Counted from the stretch's first letter, positions 1-8,853 are shown. The stretch is DNA of 64,000 nt from an uncultured delta proteobacterium (GCA_963816145.1 CAWFJP010000003.1:1-64000), one strand, 5' to 3'. A program made the numbers and translations. Notes: generated by a model not told the origin, from the letters alone.

Positions 1-45
1 ACGGCCCTCAGATTCACTTTGCTACAACAGTCTGAGTTTTTCTGC

Positions 46-75
46 TTGACAAACCTTTTTTGCTAGAACTATACG
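46..75 (+). promoter_or_regulatory. putative sigma70 promoter
   Basis: TTGACA (46-51), 18-nt spacer, TATACG (70-75), about 400 nt upstream of the ATG at 477. Confidence 0.45.
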
Positions 76-79
76 ACTT

Positions 80-440
80 TCATCTTGTTCTTAAAGTTAA
101 AAACGGAACACTATCAACGCTAGTGCGGGGCTAAGATCTACGTCGCCGTTTGTGTTTGGTCGGTCGAGTTCTCGACCGGAGGTCGGCTAAAGCCCGGGAG
201 GGAGAATTTGAATTACCCGCGGCAAAGCCGAAAAACTAAATCGTATCAACAACGCGACGTGAGAGTGAAGCCAGTGTAAACGGGAAACCATAGTGTCAAC
301 GATAGCCCTGCGCAAAGCCGAATGGCGACTATCTAGAAGAGTCCGATACCCCACTGCCACGGAGACACCTATGTTGGAAAGATGGTTGATCTTTTCACGG
401 GGATACCCGTAGAGACGGTAGGACGGCGGTGGTATCAATC
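80..440 (+). ncRNA. long structured 5' leader / candidate ncRNA of unknown class
   Basis: Hairpin 161-178; closing stem 345-358/425-436 enclosing hairpins 375-397 and 397-410; repeated GCAAAGCCGAA (222-232, 312-322); no convincing ORF. Confidence 0.35.
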
Positions 441-476
441 CTAAAAATAACACAAGCAATAACGAGGAGTAAAGCT

Positions 477-1733
477 ATGAAATCAAAAGTTTTGAATGCA
501 TTACTTATCGCGTTCGTATTGAGTTTAGGATGGTCAGTGGCCTGGTCGGCTCAAGCGCCGTATCCGGCAAATGCAACTTTTACCACGCTCATTACGACTC
601 CGTTGGCCATAGAAGGTTTAACGGGGGACAAATCCGGGAATTTGTATACAGTAGGGCGCAGACGCAGGTGCGGGAGTCTCCTGCCCTGTCTGGAAAATCA
701 ATGCCAAATATCTAACCCTTTGCTCGTGGTGGTTGGCTATATCCCCACCACTAGTTCTACCGCTCAGTGCGCTCCATCCGGACTAGCGTTAAATGCCTCA
801 GGCGACATGTTCGTTTCCGACGGAGATAGAATTTCATATTTTACCCCCAACGCTGTAACCCCTCCGACTGCAAATGTTTACGCCACAGGAGTCCCTGGCA
901 CCAACGGGCTTGCCTTTGACCGCAAGGGCAACCTCTGGACCGGGGACGGAACGACTGGTCAGGGAAGAGTCTGGAAGATCAAGGGTCCTGGAGCCAACTG
1001 CGCTAGCTCTACTAACTGTCTGGAGGTTTTCCGCATCCAGCCGATGCGTAATAGCACGGCCTTAGGTGGAACCCTTTCTGGCGATGGAATCGGGCGACAG
1101 GCGAGAACCTTTCTGCCAGGGACACTCACGATCACGGTTCCAGCAAGTGCAACCCCTACCGTAGTCACGCCTGCTGGCGGACAGGACTTGGTAGCCAATG
1201 GACTTGCTTTCAATGCGGAGGGTAATCTGTTAGTGGCGGACACCGCAAGAGGAGCGCTGTGGTTAGTCAAGTTCGACAAAAATGGCAATCTTGTGAGTAA
1301 ACTCGGTTGTGACGACACGTTCGCCACCAACACACTTTGCCTAAAAAACCTCTATCGTGCTGATCCTCGACTAGAGGGAGCTGACGGCATCGCTTTGGAC
1401 AACAGCGGAAATATCTGGGCGTCGGTCAATGAGCGAAATGCTATCGTTTACACCGTTTTCTACGGAACGAGCAACTCGGTCGAAGTTTTCCGAAATCCAG
1501 TTAACTCATCTGGACTTAGAAATTCAGCCGCCGATAATACCCGCATTCTAGAATTTCCGACTAGCCCGTTTCTCTCCGGAACGAAATTCTGCACAGCGAA
1601 CAGCGATGGTAATCGGCGCGACAACTCCCCAAGTACCGCGGGGGAGATTGGAGGAACCGGCCTGCCCCTAGGGAAAATCTCGTGCATGGATCAGCCGCTG
1701 GGAACTACCGGTATGCCATTGCCTGTCCACTAA
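477..1733 (+). CDS. secreted SMP-30/gluconolactonase/LRE-like beta-propeller protein
   Basis: GAGGAG RBS before ATG 477; signal peptide; repeated GLAFD/GLAFN/GIALD blade motifs; probable compensated frameshift at about 660-708. Confidence 0.8.
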   Translation: MKSKVLNALLIAFVLSLGWSVAWSAQAPYPANATFTTLITTPLAIEGLTGDKSGNLYTVGRRRRCGSLLPCLENQCQISNPLLVVVGYIPTTSSTAQCAPSGLALNASGDMFVSDGDRISYFTPNAVTPPTANVYATGVPGTNGLAFDRKGNLWTGDGTTGQGRVWKIKGPGANCASSTNCLEVFRIQPMRNSTALGGTLSGDGIGRQARTFLPGTLTITVPASATPTVVTPAGGQDLVANGLAFNAEGNLLVADTARGALWLVKFDKNGNLVSKLGCDDTFATNTLCLKNLYRADPRLEGADGIALDNSGNIWASVNERNAIVYTVFYGTSNSVEVFRNPVNSSGLRNSAADNTRILEFPTSPFLSGTKFCTANSDGNRRDNSPSTAGEIGGTGLPLGKISCMDQPLGTTGMPLPVH

Positions 1734-1749
1734 AATCATTCTCTGAAAC

Positions 1750-1788
1750 AAACAAGGCTCCTGGGCGATGTTCCCGGAGCCTTGTTTT
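1750..1788 (+). terminator. intrinsic terminator
   Basis: AAACAAGGCTCC...GGAGCCTTGTTTT hairpin just after the stop at 1733. Confidence 0.7.
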
Positions 1789-1854
1789 CAGAGTTGCCTC
1801 AGATTTTTGTGTTCCAGCAATTGCCCAGCTAGACCAACGCTGCACGTACAACTC

Positions 1855-1886
1855 AAGCCGGGAGGAGTTATATTCTCCCGGCTTTT
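1855..1886 (+). terminator. intrinsic terminator-like hairpin
   Basis: AAGCCGGGAG...CTCCCGGCTTTT. Confidence 0.55.
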
Positions 1887-1945
1887 GTTCATTGGCAGTT
1901 TAGGATGGGACTGAATTCTCCCACAACGCTAAAGGGAGCGGCGTT

Positions 1946-2199
1946 ATGGATAGGGGCTCGGCTTTAGAGGTTCTGCAAGCGGCTGTTGATCGCTGCTCCA
2001 GCGAAGATGCTCTAGCGAAGATGTTGACACGGCGGAGATCGGGGCGGCGATGGACTTTCTGCAGGAGCGCAGTAAGGTTGCTGGGCCGTTCGAGCAGTTT
2101 CGCGCGGCGCTCAAGACTAAACCGGGTGAAGATTGGGAAATTGAAGGGCGGCGGCAAATCCTCAGTGCGTCTTTGAATGGGATTCGGCGCGCGGTGTGA
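1946..2199 (+). pseudogene. small hypothetical gene frameshifted by a 14-bp tandem duplication
   Basis: GGAG RBS; removing one copy of GCTCYAGCGAAGAT (1995-2008/2009-2022) gives an uninterrupted 79-aa ORF ending at TGA 2197-2199. Confidence 0.65.
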
Positions 2200-2436
2200 T
2201 TGAATTGAATTTGGTACCACACAACCGTGAAGTGAAGTGTTGGGCCTAAATGACTCCCGACCCCATTATCTCCCCGGACAGCTAACAAAAAGCATCGCAA
2301 TTACGCTTGTGTCTCACGGTCCGTTTGATTGACAATCAGTCGACCGCTACCTTCCCACGGAGACAACTTATAACCCCCTTCGCGTCACGAGCCGCCCGAC
2401 TTGGATCGTCAGAATTAGCAGTGGCGGGTCGATTGG

Positions 2437-2814
2437 TTACTTTTTACTTTCCTCACCGCGACTCGACGGATGAACCGTCATGCCAGGATTGGTTCCCCCT
2501 GGAAGGCAAAGCCATTTTTCAGTTATCGTTGTAAATGGGGGTTCGTCTGTTGACCGAGTGGAAGTCCTAAAGCCGGCGTTTAATTCAATTAACCTTTTTT
2601 CAGTCCCTTTTGTGAATATCTTAGCCATTTGTTCGGCAGCGGCTTTACATATCTTTAAGTCCTCAAAAGCATCCTCCACTCTCCAACTAGAAGTGTCGCC
2701 TTTGACACTTGAGATTTCTAAATAGCTCCACAATACCCAAGCAGTGTTTTGGGAATAAGCTGTGTGTCCATAAAGCAAAAACACTGCGCTGAGGCAGATT
2801 ATAATCTTGTTCAT
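2437..2814 (-). CDS. small secreted hypothetical protein (WVLW...CLP motifs, two Cys in the mature part)
   Basis: GAGG RBS, signal peptide, 125-aa ORF. Confidence 0.7.
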   Translation of the reverse strand: MNKIIICLSAVFLLYGHTAYSQNTAWVLWSYLEISSVKGDTSSWRVEDAFEDLKICKAAAEQMAKIFTKGTEKRLIELNAGFRTSTRSTDEPPFTTITEKWLCLPGGTNPGMTVHPSSRGEESKK

Positions 2815-2987
2815 TCGAGTAAATCCTCGCTATTTCGTGCGCCGCTCTTGGACGCCCCCCCGCTTTACCACCGGCGCCGGACGGATGGCAAGACTAGGGG
2901 TTACCGAGGACTCTATTAAATTCCATGGGCGCGGCTCAGCGGCGCGATAACAGTGTCAAGGAACTGAATTCACGATCGAATAAATCC

Positions 2988-3023
2988 TGAGAGATGAGAG
3001 GGTCGTGAGAGATGAGAGGGTCG
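2988..3023. repeat. perfect 18-bp tandem duplication
   Basis: TGAGAGATGAGAGGGTCG x2. Confidence 0.9.
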
Positions 3024-3181
3024 CATCTTTACCTGTAGCGTTCGTAATAACCAACTTCGCGGCGATCGGTCATTATACCAAATCTAGAGTATGGTAACGC
3101 AAATCCTCACGACCAGTTAGGTTCCCTTCTTTGCGCACGGCTTTGCTATAACCTGTCGCGAGTTGAGAGCCGCGCTAACTG

Positions 3182-3511
3182 CTATGGCCAATCGGAGCCG
3201 TTCTCGTAGTTGGACCAATCGGAATGTTCGAAAGTTTGAACAAACAATGGCACGAAATGTTCCGTTCGTTGCTGCGATAAAACGACGTGTAGGACTTTCA
3301 CAGCGAGCGGTTCTCGCATCTGGCGCACGTTATGAGCGAACCCGACATCCCGTGAAAAGCAAAGGTCATAATCCTTGGCTATCTCACGATAAAGCGTTGT
3401 GTCCGCAATGCCTTTGAGTCCGAGGTGATTGATTGAATCAATCTGATGCCCAAGGCGCCGTAGCGCGGGCACCAAGGATTCAGGCATGTTCTCGTCGAGA
3501 AGGATTTTCAC
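3182..3511 (-). CDS. DUF5615-family PIN-like toxin (VapC45-like)
   Basis: N-terminal KILLDENMP; downstream of and overlapping the DUF433 gene. Confidence 0.8.
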   Translation of the reverse strand: MKILLDENMPESLVPALRRLGHQIDSINHLGLKGIADTTLYREIAKDYDLCFSRDVGFAHNVRQMREPLAVKVLHVVLSQQRTEHFVPLFVQTFEHSDWSNYENGSDWP

Positions 3512-3713
3512 GTTCCGCTAGGAGGTCGGAGTGAGCTAGTTCTGTGAGTGTCCCGCGAATGGATTCCTCCGTAAGGCTGGGGTACTCGGCGACAATTTCA
3601 GCGATGGTCATGCCCGCTGCAAGCCACTCCAAAAGAAGTGAAACGGCGATCCGAGTGTCGCGAACCCGAGGCCGGCCGCCCAAATGTTCATTGTCCGAAA
3701 CGATCCAACTCAT
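3480..3713 (-). CDS. DUF433 antitoxin
   Basis: GGRPRVRDTRIAVS...GMTIAEIVAEYPSL motif. Confidence 0.85.
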   Translation of the reverse strand: MSWIVSDNEHLGGRPRVRDTRIAVSLLLEWLAAGMTIAEIVAEYPSLTEESIRGTLTELAHSDLLAERENPSRREHA

Positions 3714-3806
3714 GGATTGAGCTTACCACAAATCGCTACCGTTGGGCCAACTCCTGAACCGTAGACGTCGCGGACCTCGGTGACTCTGGAAGGTAGGATG
3801 TTCTGG

Positions 3807-3855
3807 GGCCTGGCCTTTCAATCCTATCAATCTTGAACGCGACTTTCCGATCATC
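3807..3855 (+). repeat. 49-bp dispersed direct repeat, copy 1
   Basis: 41/49 identical to 5139-5187 (hand alignment). Confidence 0.85.
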
Positions 3856-3992
3856 CGACGCCGGGTCGGACCGAGGCAAGTTCTTGATTTGCCAATATAC
3901 GATGGCTTAAAAGGCTTTGTTTAAGAGCTTAAAGATAGCTTTTCGAAGCGAAAAAGCGACCTCTAAGAAAACCGCTGCCACGCGCACCAAAC

Positions 3993-4020
3993 AGGCATGA
4001 GGCACGAGGCGACAGGCAGT
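3993..4020 (+). repeat. heptamer tandem repeat (AGGCnnn x4)
   Basis: AGGCATG AGGCACG AGGCGAC AGGCAGT; followed by GTTCA-based ~9-nt repeats at 4035-4108. Confidence 0.7.
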
Positions 4021-4166
4021 AGTAAGATACAACACGTTCAGCCGTTTCACTCAGTTCAAGCCGTTCAATCCTCCGGATCTAGTTCGGGGCTCCGTTCAAG
4101 ACGTTGAAGTCGGTTGAGACTTGCTTTAGGAAAGTTTGACGTCGCGAAAGAGATCAGTTAATTCCC

Positions 4167-4235
4167 GCTTGCCTGATGCCGAATCACTTTTACCTCGTGC
4201 TCGAACCGGCGCACCAAGCCGCATTGTGGCGTAAC
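4167..4235 (+). mobile_element. remnant of REP-associated tyrosine transposase (RAYT/Y1)
   Basis: Translates ACLMPNHFYLVLEP, matching the CLMPNHxHL HUH motif with the second His replaced by Tyr; no full ORF. Confidence 0.6.
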
Positions 4236-4255
4236 GCCGAGTCGCCCAGGGCAAG

Positions 4256-4585
4256 CTAGGGAGCGAACATGGCGCCCAAGAGCGCTAGCACTTTTTGCGC
4301 GGTAAGGTCATCGATTTTACCCAACCGCTTTAACAATCGGCTTTTGTCCACAGTGCGAATTTGATCCACGACGATTTGTCCGGATTTTCGTTGGAATCGG
4401 ACCGGGATCCGCGTCGGATACGCTCGTCCTTGTGTGGTCATGGGAGCTACGATGACGGTGTCGATGTGCCGGTTCATCTCGTCGGGAGAGATGACGAGGC
4501 AGGGACGGGTTTTGCGGACTTCGCGCCCCTCGGTAGGATCGAGGCGAACCAGGTATACCTCAAAGCGGAAGGCTACCACCGCCAC
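4256..4585 (-). CDS. mazF: PemK/MazF family mRNA interferase toxin
   Basis: LDPTEGREVRKTRPCLVISPDEMN, DQIRTVDKSRL. Confidence 0.9.
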   Translation of the reverse strand: MAVVAFRFEVYLVRLDPTEGREVRKTRPCLVISPDEMNRHIDTVIVAPMTTQGRAYPTRIPVRFQRKSGQIVVDQIRTVDKSRLLKRLGKIDDLTAQKVLALLGAMFAP

Positions 4586-4827
4586 TCCGTGCTATCCCAC
4601 TTCGTAGATGCGAGCGACTCCCAGTCAAGCAGCGCATCGTCGCCATGCTCGGCCATGGCGCGGAAACTCTCGTCCCAACCGCTTCGGGGCTTGCTGATTG
4701 ACCGGACCACCAAATAGTCTTTATGTGCTTCGAGTTCGACGGTGTCTTCCAAACGGCACTCCTCGAGAAGTTTTTTGGGGATTCGGATACCGCGCGAGTT
4801 GCCGATGCGAACCACGTTGGTTTTCAT
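4573..4827 (-). CDS. mazE: AbrB/MazE family antitoxin
   Basis: RIGNSRGIRIPK; overlaps the toxin start. Confidence 0.9.
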   Translation of the reverse strand: MKTNVVRIGNSRGIRIPKKLLEECRLEDTVELEAHKDYLVVRSISKPRSGWDESFRAMAEHGDDALLDWESLASTKWDSTEWRW

Positions 4828-5138
4828 GACAGGATCCTTTCATCACTTTGTGCCTACTAAGTAATTACATTGAACGATCCCCCCGGTCAAGAAAGTGATG
4901 ACTGCATATGAGGCTCTGGGGCCAGGCCCCGCATTCTAAACAAATTGAGGTTTGGGCAATGTCTCGTGGCTTGACCCGGTTGCTGTGTTATCCAATGCTG
5001 AGAGGGTTGCCAAGATCGAAGACAGCAAGATGTGCGGCACCGGTCCCGAAAGGTACGCGTGAGTTAGCCCCGGTGGCGCGGAAAAGGGGACAAGCTACTT
5101 TTCCGTTAAAAGTTTGACTTGGCGGGCTTGGGATCTGC

Positions 5139-5187
5139 GGCCTGGCCTTTCAATCTTGATAATACTGAACGTGACTTTTCGATCATC
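5139..5187 (+). repeat. 49-bp dispersed direct repeat, copy 2
   Basis: 41/49 identical to 3807-3855. Confidence 0.85.
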
Positions 5188-5374
5188 TTGCCTAAAGTAA
5201 ATTTGTCCTCGCCAAGTACTTCAACTCGATCGATTAAAAACATACGCCTTCCTAGAGGTAATGCGGAAGGCGAGCCGGGAGCAGGCGCCGAACGATAAGC
5301 GGCAAGGGGCGGTGTTTTCGGAGGTTGTGGAAACGCTTGCGCCTTAGGTAAAGATTTTACCCTACGGGCCTTCT

Positions 5375-5815
5375 CTATTTCTGCGGAATGATCTCGGTAA
5401 AACCGGCGATCTTAACCGATGTCTCGAATCGCCAGCCGGCAAGGTTCGGCAGCGGTGGCGACGGCTTGTAAGTGAAGTTAATTTTCTGTCCAGGTTGAAT
5501 GGTTTCGTTCAACGTATAATAGGTCGAGGTGCCCGGGTCGTTCTTTCCCGGATGGCGCTCATCGTCCCAAAGCCATGTGTAACGAATGAATAATTGCACC
5601 TCGCGCACATCGCGGCTGCTCTTGTTGCGCACTTCCCCTGTTATCACACCGTTTTGCCCAGCGGTCTTTTCGATCACCACAATGCGCGCGGTTTCTTCGT
5701 CGGAGCTAACTTTTTGCGACTGCGCCGTGGCAGGCCGCGAGACCATGGCCAGCGCTATCGAAATGCAAAACACGCCGATCAGCCGCAAGCTAGATAAGTT
5801 GATCCTAATCATCAT
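5375..5815 (-). CDS. secreted hypothetical protein (FxLYD-like Ig fold)
   Basis: Signal peptide; ITGEVRNKSSRDVREVQL...IQPGQKINF; start overlaps the upstream stop. Confidence 0.7.
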   Translation of the reverse strand: MMIRINLSSLRLIGVFCISIALAMVSRPATAQSQKVSSDEETARIVVIEKTAGQNGVITGEVRNKSSRDVREVQLFIRYTWLWDDERHPGKNDPGTSTYYTLNETIQPGQKINFTYKPSPPLPNLAGWRFETSVKIAGFTEIIPQK

Positions 5816-6861
5816 TTTGCTCCTCCAGCTTGCTTATCCAAATCGGCGTTGCCGTGCCATAATTTCTGCCTGACCGGCCGACGCGATGGGTCGGGGCACG
5901 CCGGCGTCGGCACCTTGATGGGCAACTCCAGGGAGTTTTTCAATTCCAACAGCCGCTGCGGCGATCCCCAGTCGCTCCAGGTGACCTGCAACACGGGTAG
6001 CACCGAAATCTCCGCATGGACGCCCGTAGCGAGTTTTTCGAGAATATCCTTGGAGAAATTGAGCCGGCCTAGATGGCGATAGATTTCCTCTACCTTGCGG
6101 CTTTCGGCCGCTGTGCCAATCGCCTGGGCGAGCCCGTGAAACAGACCTGCCACATCGGGATAGGAAATTGGGATGTGGCGCAATAACCTTTCGACTTTGA
6201 ACACCATAATCATGGTGTTCCAAAGCGCGCCGGCAGCCACCAGCAAACGCGCCTCGGCTGGGTTTGGTTTCTCGACAAAATGAGCGGCTTTGCGGCAGCC
6301 GCAAATATTGATATGGCCGTCACTATCCAGCGGTACCACATAACCGTATTCGGTTTCCGGCCACTTGGCCTCCATCCCTAACAACACGATCTGCGACGGC
6401 TCATAGTGCACCGCACGGGCCGCCAGACTGACATGGTCAAGAAAGCGATCTTCTTCGAGAATAAAATGATCTGATGGGAAGACGACGACGGTGGCATCGG
6501 GGCATCGCTTGTGAAGATAAGTTAGCGGAAGCAGCAAGCCTAGTCCGGTATCCTTGTTTTCTGGTTGAACTATTACTGTTCCCGCTGATCGACTCGACAG
6601 TTGACGCCGGACATCGGGCAGTGAGAGATGATGCTTGCTCACGATGGTGAGAATGCGCTGGCGGGGGATCAATCGCTCGGCGCGATCGAAGGTGTGTTCG
6701 AGCATGGAACGGGTGCCGATAAAATTGACATATTGCTTGGGCAGACTCTCACCGCGCAGTTGGCGGACGTAGTCTTCCAGTCTTTTGCCCTCGCCCCCGG
6801 CCAGTACCAGTCCCCAGACGTCGTGCGAGTGCGCCGCCATTGGATCGATCATTGGATACAC
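5812..6861 (-). CDS. sugar-phosphate nucleotidyltransferase (mannose-1-P guanylyltransferase-like, no cupin domain)
   Basis: LVLAGGEGKRL, LPKQY, FPSDH, FVEKP, WSDWG. Confidence 0.88.
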   Translation of the reverse strand: MYPMIDPMAAHSHDVWGLVLAGGEGKRLEDYVRQLRGESLPKQYVNFIGTRSMLEHTFDRAERLIPRQRILTIVSKHHLSLPDVRRQLSSRSAGTVIVQPENKDTGLGLLLPLTYLHKRCPDATVVVFPSDHFILEEDRFLDHVSLAARAVHYEPSQIVLLGMEAKWPETEYGYVVPLDSDGHINICGCRKAAHFVEKPNPAEARLLVAAGALWNTMIMVFKVERLLRHIPISYPDVAGLFHGLAQAIGTAAESRKVEEIYRHLGRLNFSKDILEKLATGVHAEISVLPVLQVTWSDWGSPQRLLELKNSLELPIKVPTPACPDPSRRPVRQKLWHGNADLDKQAGGAK

Positions 6862-6937
6862 TCCTTTGGCATGCGAAAGTTGCCCAACAAAACTTTGTCG
6901 CGAAACTTAAACAGTAGTTTGCTGACCATGAAAGACG

Positions 6938-6952
6938 GCAAGCGCCATGCCA
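6938..6952 (-). promoter_or_regulatory. sigma54 (-24/-12) promoter
   Basis: TGGCAT-GGCGC-TTGC on the minus strand, about 75 nt upstream of the nucleotidyltransferase start. Confidence 0.65.
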
Positions 6953-7175
6953 TCTCCAAATAGTGAAATCTGCTAGCTCTCGGGCGAAATTTGCTTTCGC
7001 TTTCGCAACTCCGCCAATACTATCCCAACCCTTATTACCGATGAGAATTAGAGTCCCAGTCGCGGGCGTTTGGAGATGATTCCTTGCTTGATGTACTCGT
7101 GAGCCTGTCTTCGCCGCGGCGGTGACCGCACTATCCAAGTGTTACGTATAGGTATAGGGCAGCCTACCGTTTACA

Positions 7176-8045
7176 TCATCGGCCCATCATTCCATCTCCC
7201 GCCATCCCTTGCATGCGCAGGATCATCCAGCCGCGTTGTTCTTCGCCGAGCATGTCGCGCGCTGAAACCTTATGCGCGTCGGGCACGAGGGTCTCCAAGT
7301 AATCAACCAGCGGCCAAATTTGTTTGCCGTCCAGCGCAGCGGCATAAGCCGGCATCGACGTGCCGTTGAGGCCGCTGGCGATCGTCAGGTAGACGTCGTG
7401 CCGTTCTGAGCCGCGTTTCAGCGGCCGCCAGGTGAGGTCGCTAGCCCGAAGGGGCCAACCCCAGTCGTCGGTTAGTTCCGAGCTGGATATGCCCTTGCCA
7501 TCGCCGCGCTCGCCGTGACACTTGGCGCAGTCCGAGTCTCGATAGAGCTGGCGTCCTTGGGCGACGAGTTCTTGGCGTCGTGCCGGTTCGGGCGAAATGA
7601 TGATAGGTGATGGTACCTTCTCATTGGCGAAGCGTGGCGAGAAAGTCTTGATATACTGAACCACGGCTCGGCGCTCCGAGTCCGTCAGGTCAGCGCGGCC
7701 GACCATCGCGGTCCAGCGGATGCCCGCAGTGATGATTTTTACAAGATCGTTGTCCGTCGGCAAAGCTCCGGACGGCGTCGAGCGAAATTTAAAATTCCCT
7801 GGCTGAAAATCTCGCGGCTGTGTAACCAGCATATGCGCCGCTGCCCCTCTGCCATTGCCGTTCTGGCCGTGGCAGACTGCGCAGTTAGTTTCGTAAACGC
7901 GCTGCCCGATCAGTAGCTTTTGGCGTGACGTTATGGGTTGACCGACTGTACCGCTCGGCCCGGTTACGCTGCGGAACTCGGCGTCGAATCGAGGAATGAA
8001 AATTGCGCATAATTCACAAGCAGTACCCGGTGCCTGTAGTTTGCT
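7176..8045 (-). CDS. di-heme cytochrome c; N-terminus unresolved or disrupted
   Basis: Frame is open upstream of the called ATG 7832 to 8045 and includes CAVCH (7883-7869); second motif CAKCH; PRDF and GTSMP motifs; no in-frame ATG before the first CXXCH. Confidence 0.75.
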   Translation of the reverse strand, partial: SKLQAPGTACELCAIFIPRFDAEFRSVTGPSGTVGQPITSRQKLLIGQRVYETNCAVCHGQNGNGRGAAAHMLVTQPRDFQPGNFKFRSTPSGALPTDNDLVKIITAGIRWTAMVGRADLTDSERRAVVQYIKTFSPRFANEKVPSPIIISPEPARRQELVAQGRQLYRDSDCAKCHGERGDGKGISSSELTDDWGWPLRASDLTWRPLKRGSERHDVYLTIASGLNGTSMPAYAAALDGKQIWPLVDYLETLVPDAHKVSARDMLGEEQRGWMILRMQGMAGDGMMGR

Positions 8046-8349
8046 TTATGATCGACTAGACTGGTGGATGGGATGCCGATAACGACAAACATCAGAAGCA
8101 CTAGCAAGTTGGCATAACGAACGCCGCGGCTCTGGCGGTGGCAGCGCCGTGGGCCATTCGGATGGGGGGAGTCGCCGTCACGGCGCGTTAGGACTTGGTG
8201 GGGCGGCGCTGACCGGTGATCGCGTGCAGGTGGAGGACAAATACCGACCTGGATAAACAGATCAAGGACAGTGAATCGGAGTGGCCAGGGCAACGCGAGG
8301 AGTTCGAACGACTAAGGGAAGTGACCGCAGAAGGTTACGGAGGCCGATT

Positions 8350-8853
8350 ATGGATCATCGCGACAAGAAGCACGGGATGAATATCGCGTTATTGCTCACA
8401 TTTCTGGTCTTTGATCCGGTCGGTTACGCCTTACCGCAATCGACTGCCCGGGCGGCACAATTCGCACCGGCGATCGTCATTACGAGGGGAAAAACCGAGC
8501 AGGGGTTTAACTATTTAAGCGGCGGCGTCGGCGCGGACGAAAGAATTGCGCTTGAGGAACGCGCTAAAGCGTTCAACGTGAAGCTGGTGTTCGCCGAAAC
8601 CGACGGTTCCTTTGTCGCGGATGTGAAACTAGAGATCGTCGGTGTGAAAAATGAAGTAATTCTCTCAACGACAGCAACCGGGCCATGGTTCTACATTCAG
8701 CTCCCGCCAGGAATCTATAACGTGAAGGCAACCTTTGCCGGACAAAGCAAAGAAGTAAAAACGCTCCGCGTGACCAAGGACAAGAGTACGCATCAGGTGT
8801 TTGTCTGGGATTTGGTAGACGCACCCAAAACCGCGCCGAGACCTAAAGCATAA
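8350..8853 (+). CDS. carboxypeptidase regulatory-like domain exported protein
   Basis: GGAGG RBS before ATG 8350; YLSGGVGADER, GPWFYIQLPPGIYNVKA. Confidence 0.75.
   Translation: MDHRDKKHGMNIALLLTFLVFDPVGYALPQSTARAAQFAPAIVITRGKTEQGFNYLSGGVGADERIALEERAKAFNVKLVFAETDGSFVADVKLEIVGVKNEVILSTTATGPWFYIQLPPGIYNVKATFAGQSKEVKTLRVTKDKSTHQVFVWDLVDAPKTAPRPKA

Noticed and set aside
221-360. c-di-GMP-I riboswitch (GGCAAA...CGCAAAGC)
   Set aside because: No GNRA-capped P2 stem between the motifs and the P1/P3 pairing is unconvincing
123-436. group II intron (GTGCG start)
   Set aside because: No domain V/VI and no reverse transcriptase
429-476. GTG start at 429 for the SMP-30-like gene
   Set aside because: ATG 477 has a strong RBS and begins the signal peptide; 429 lies inside the leader stem
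2988-5187. CRISPR array
   Set aside because: Repeats occur only in pairs or as short tandem units; no regular spacers and no cas genes
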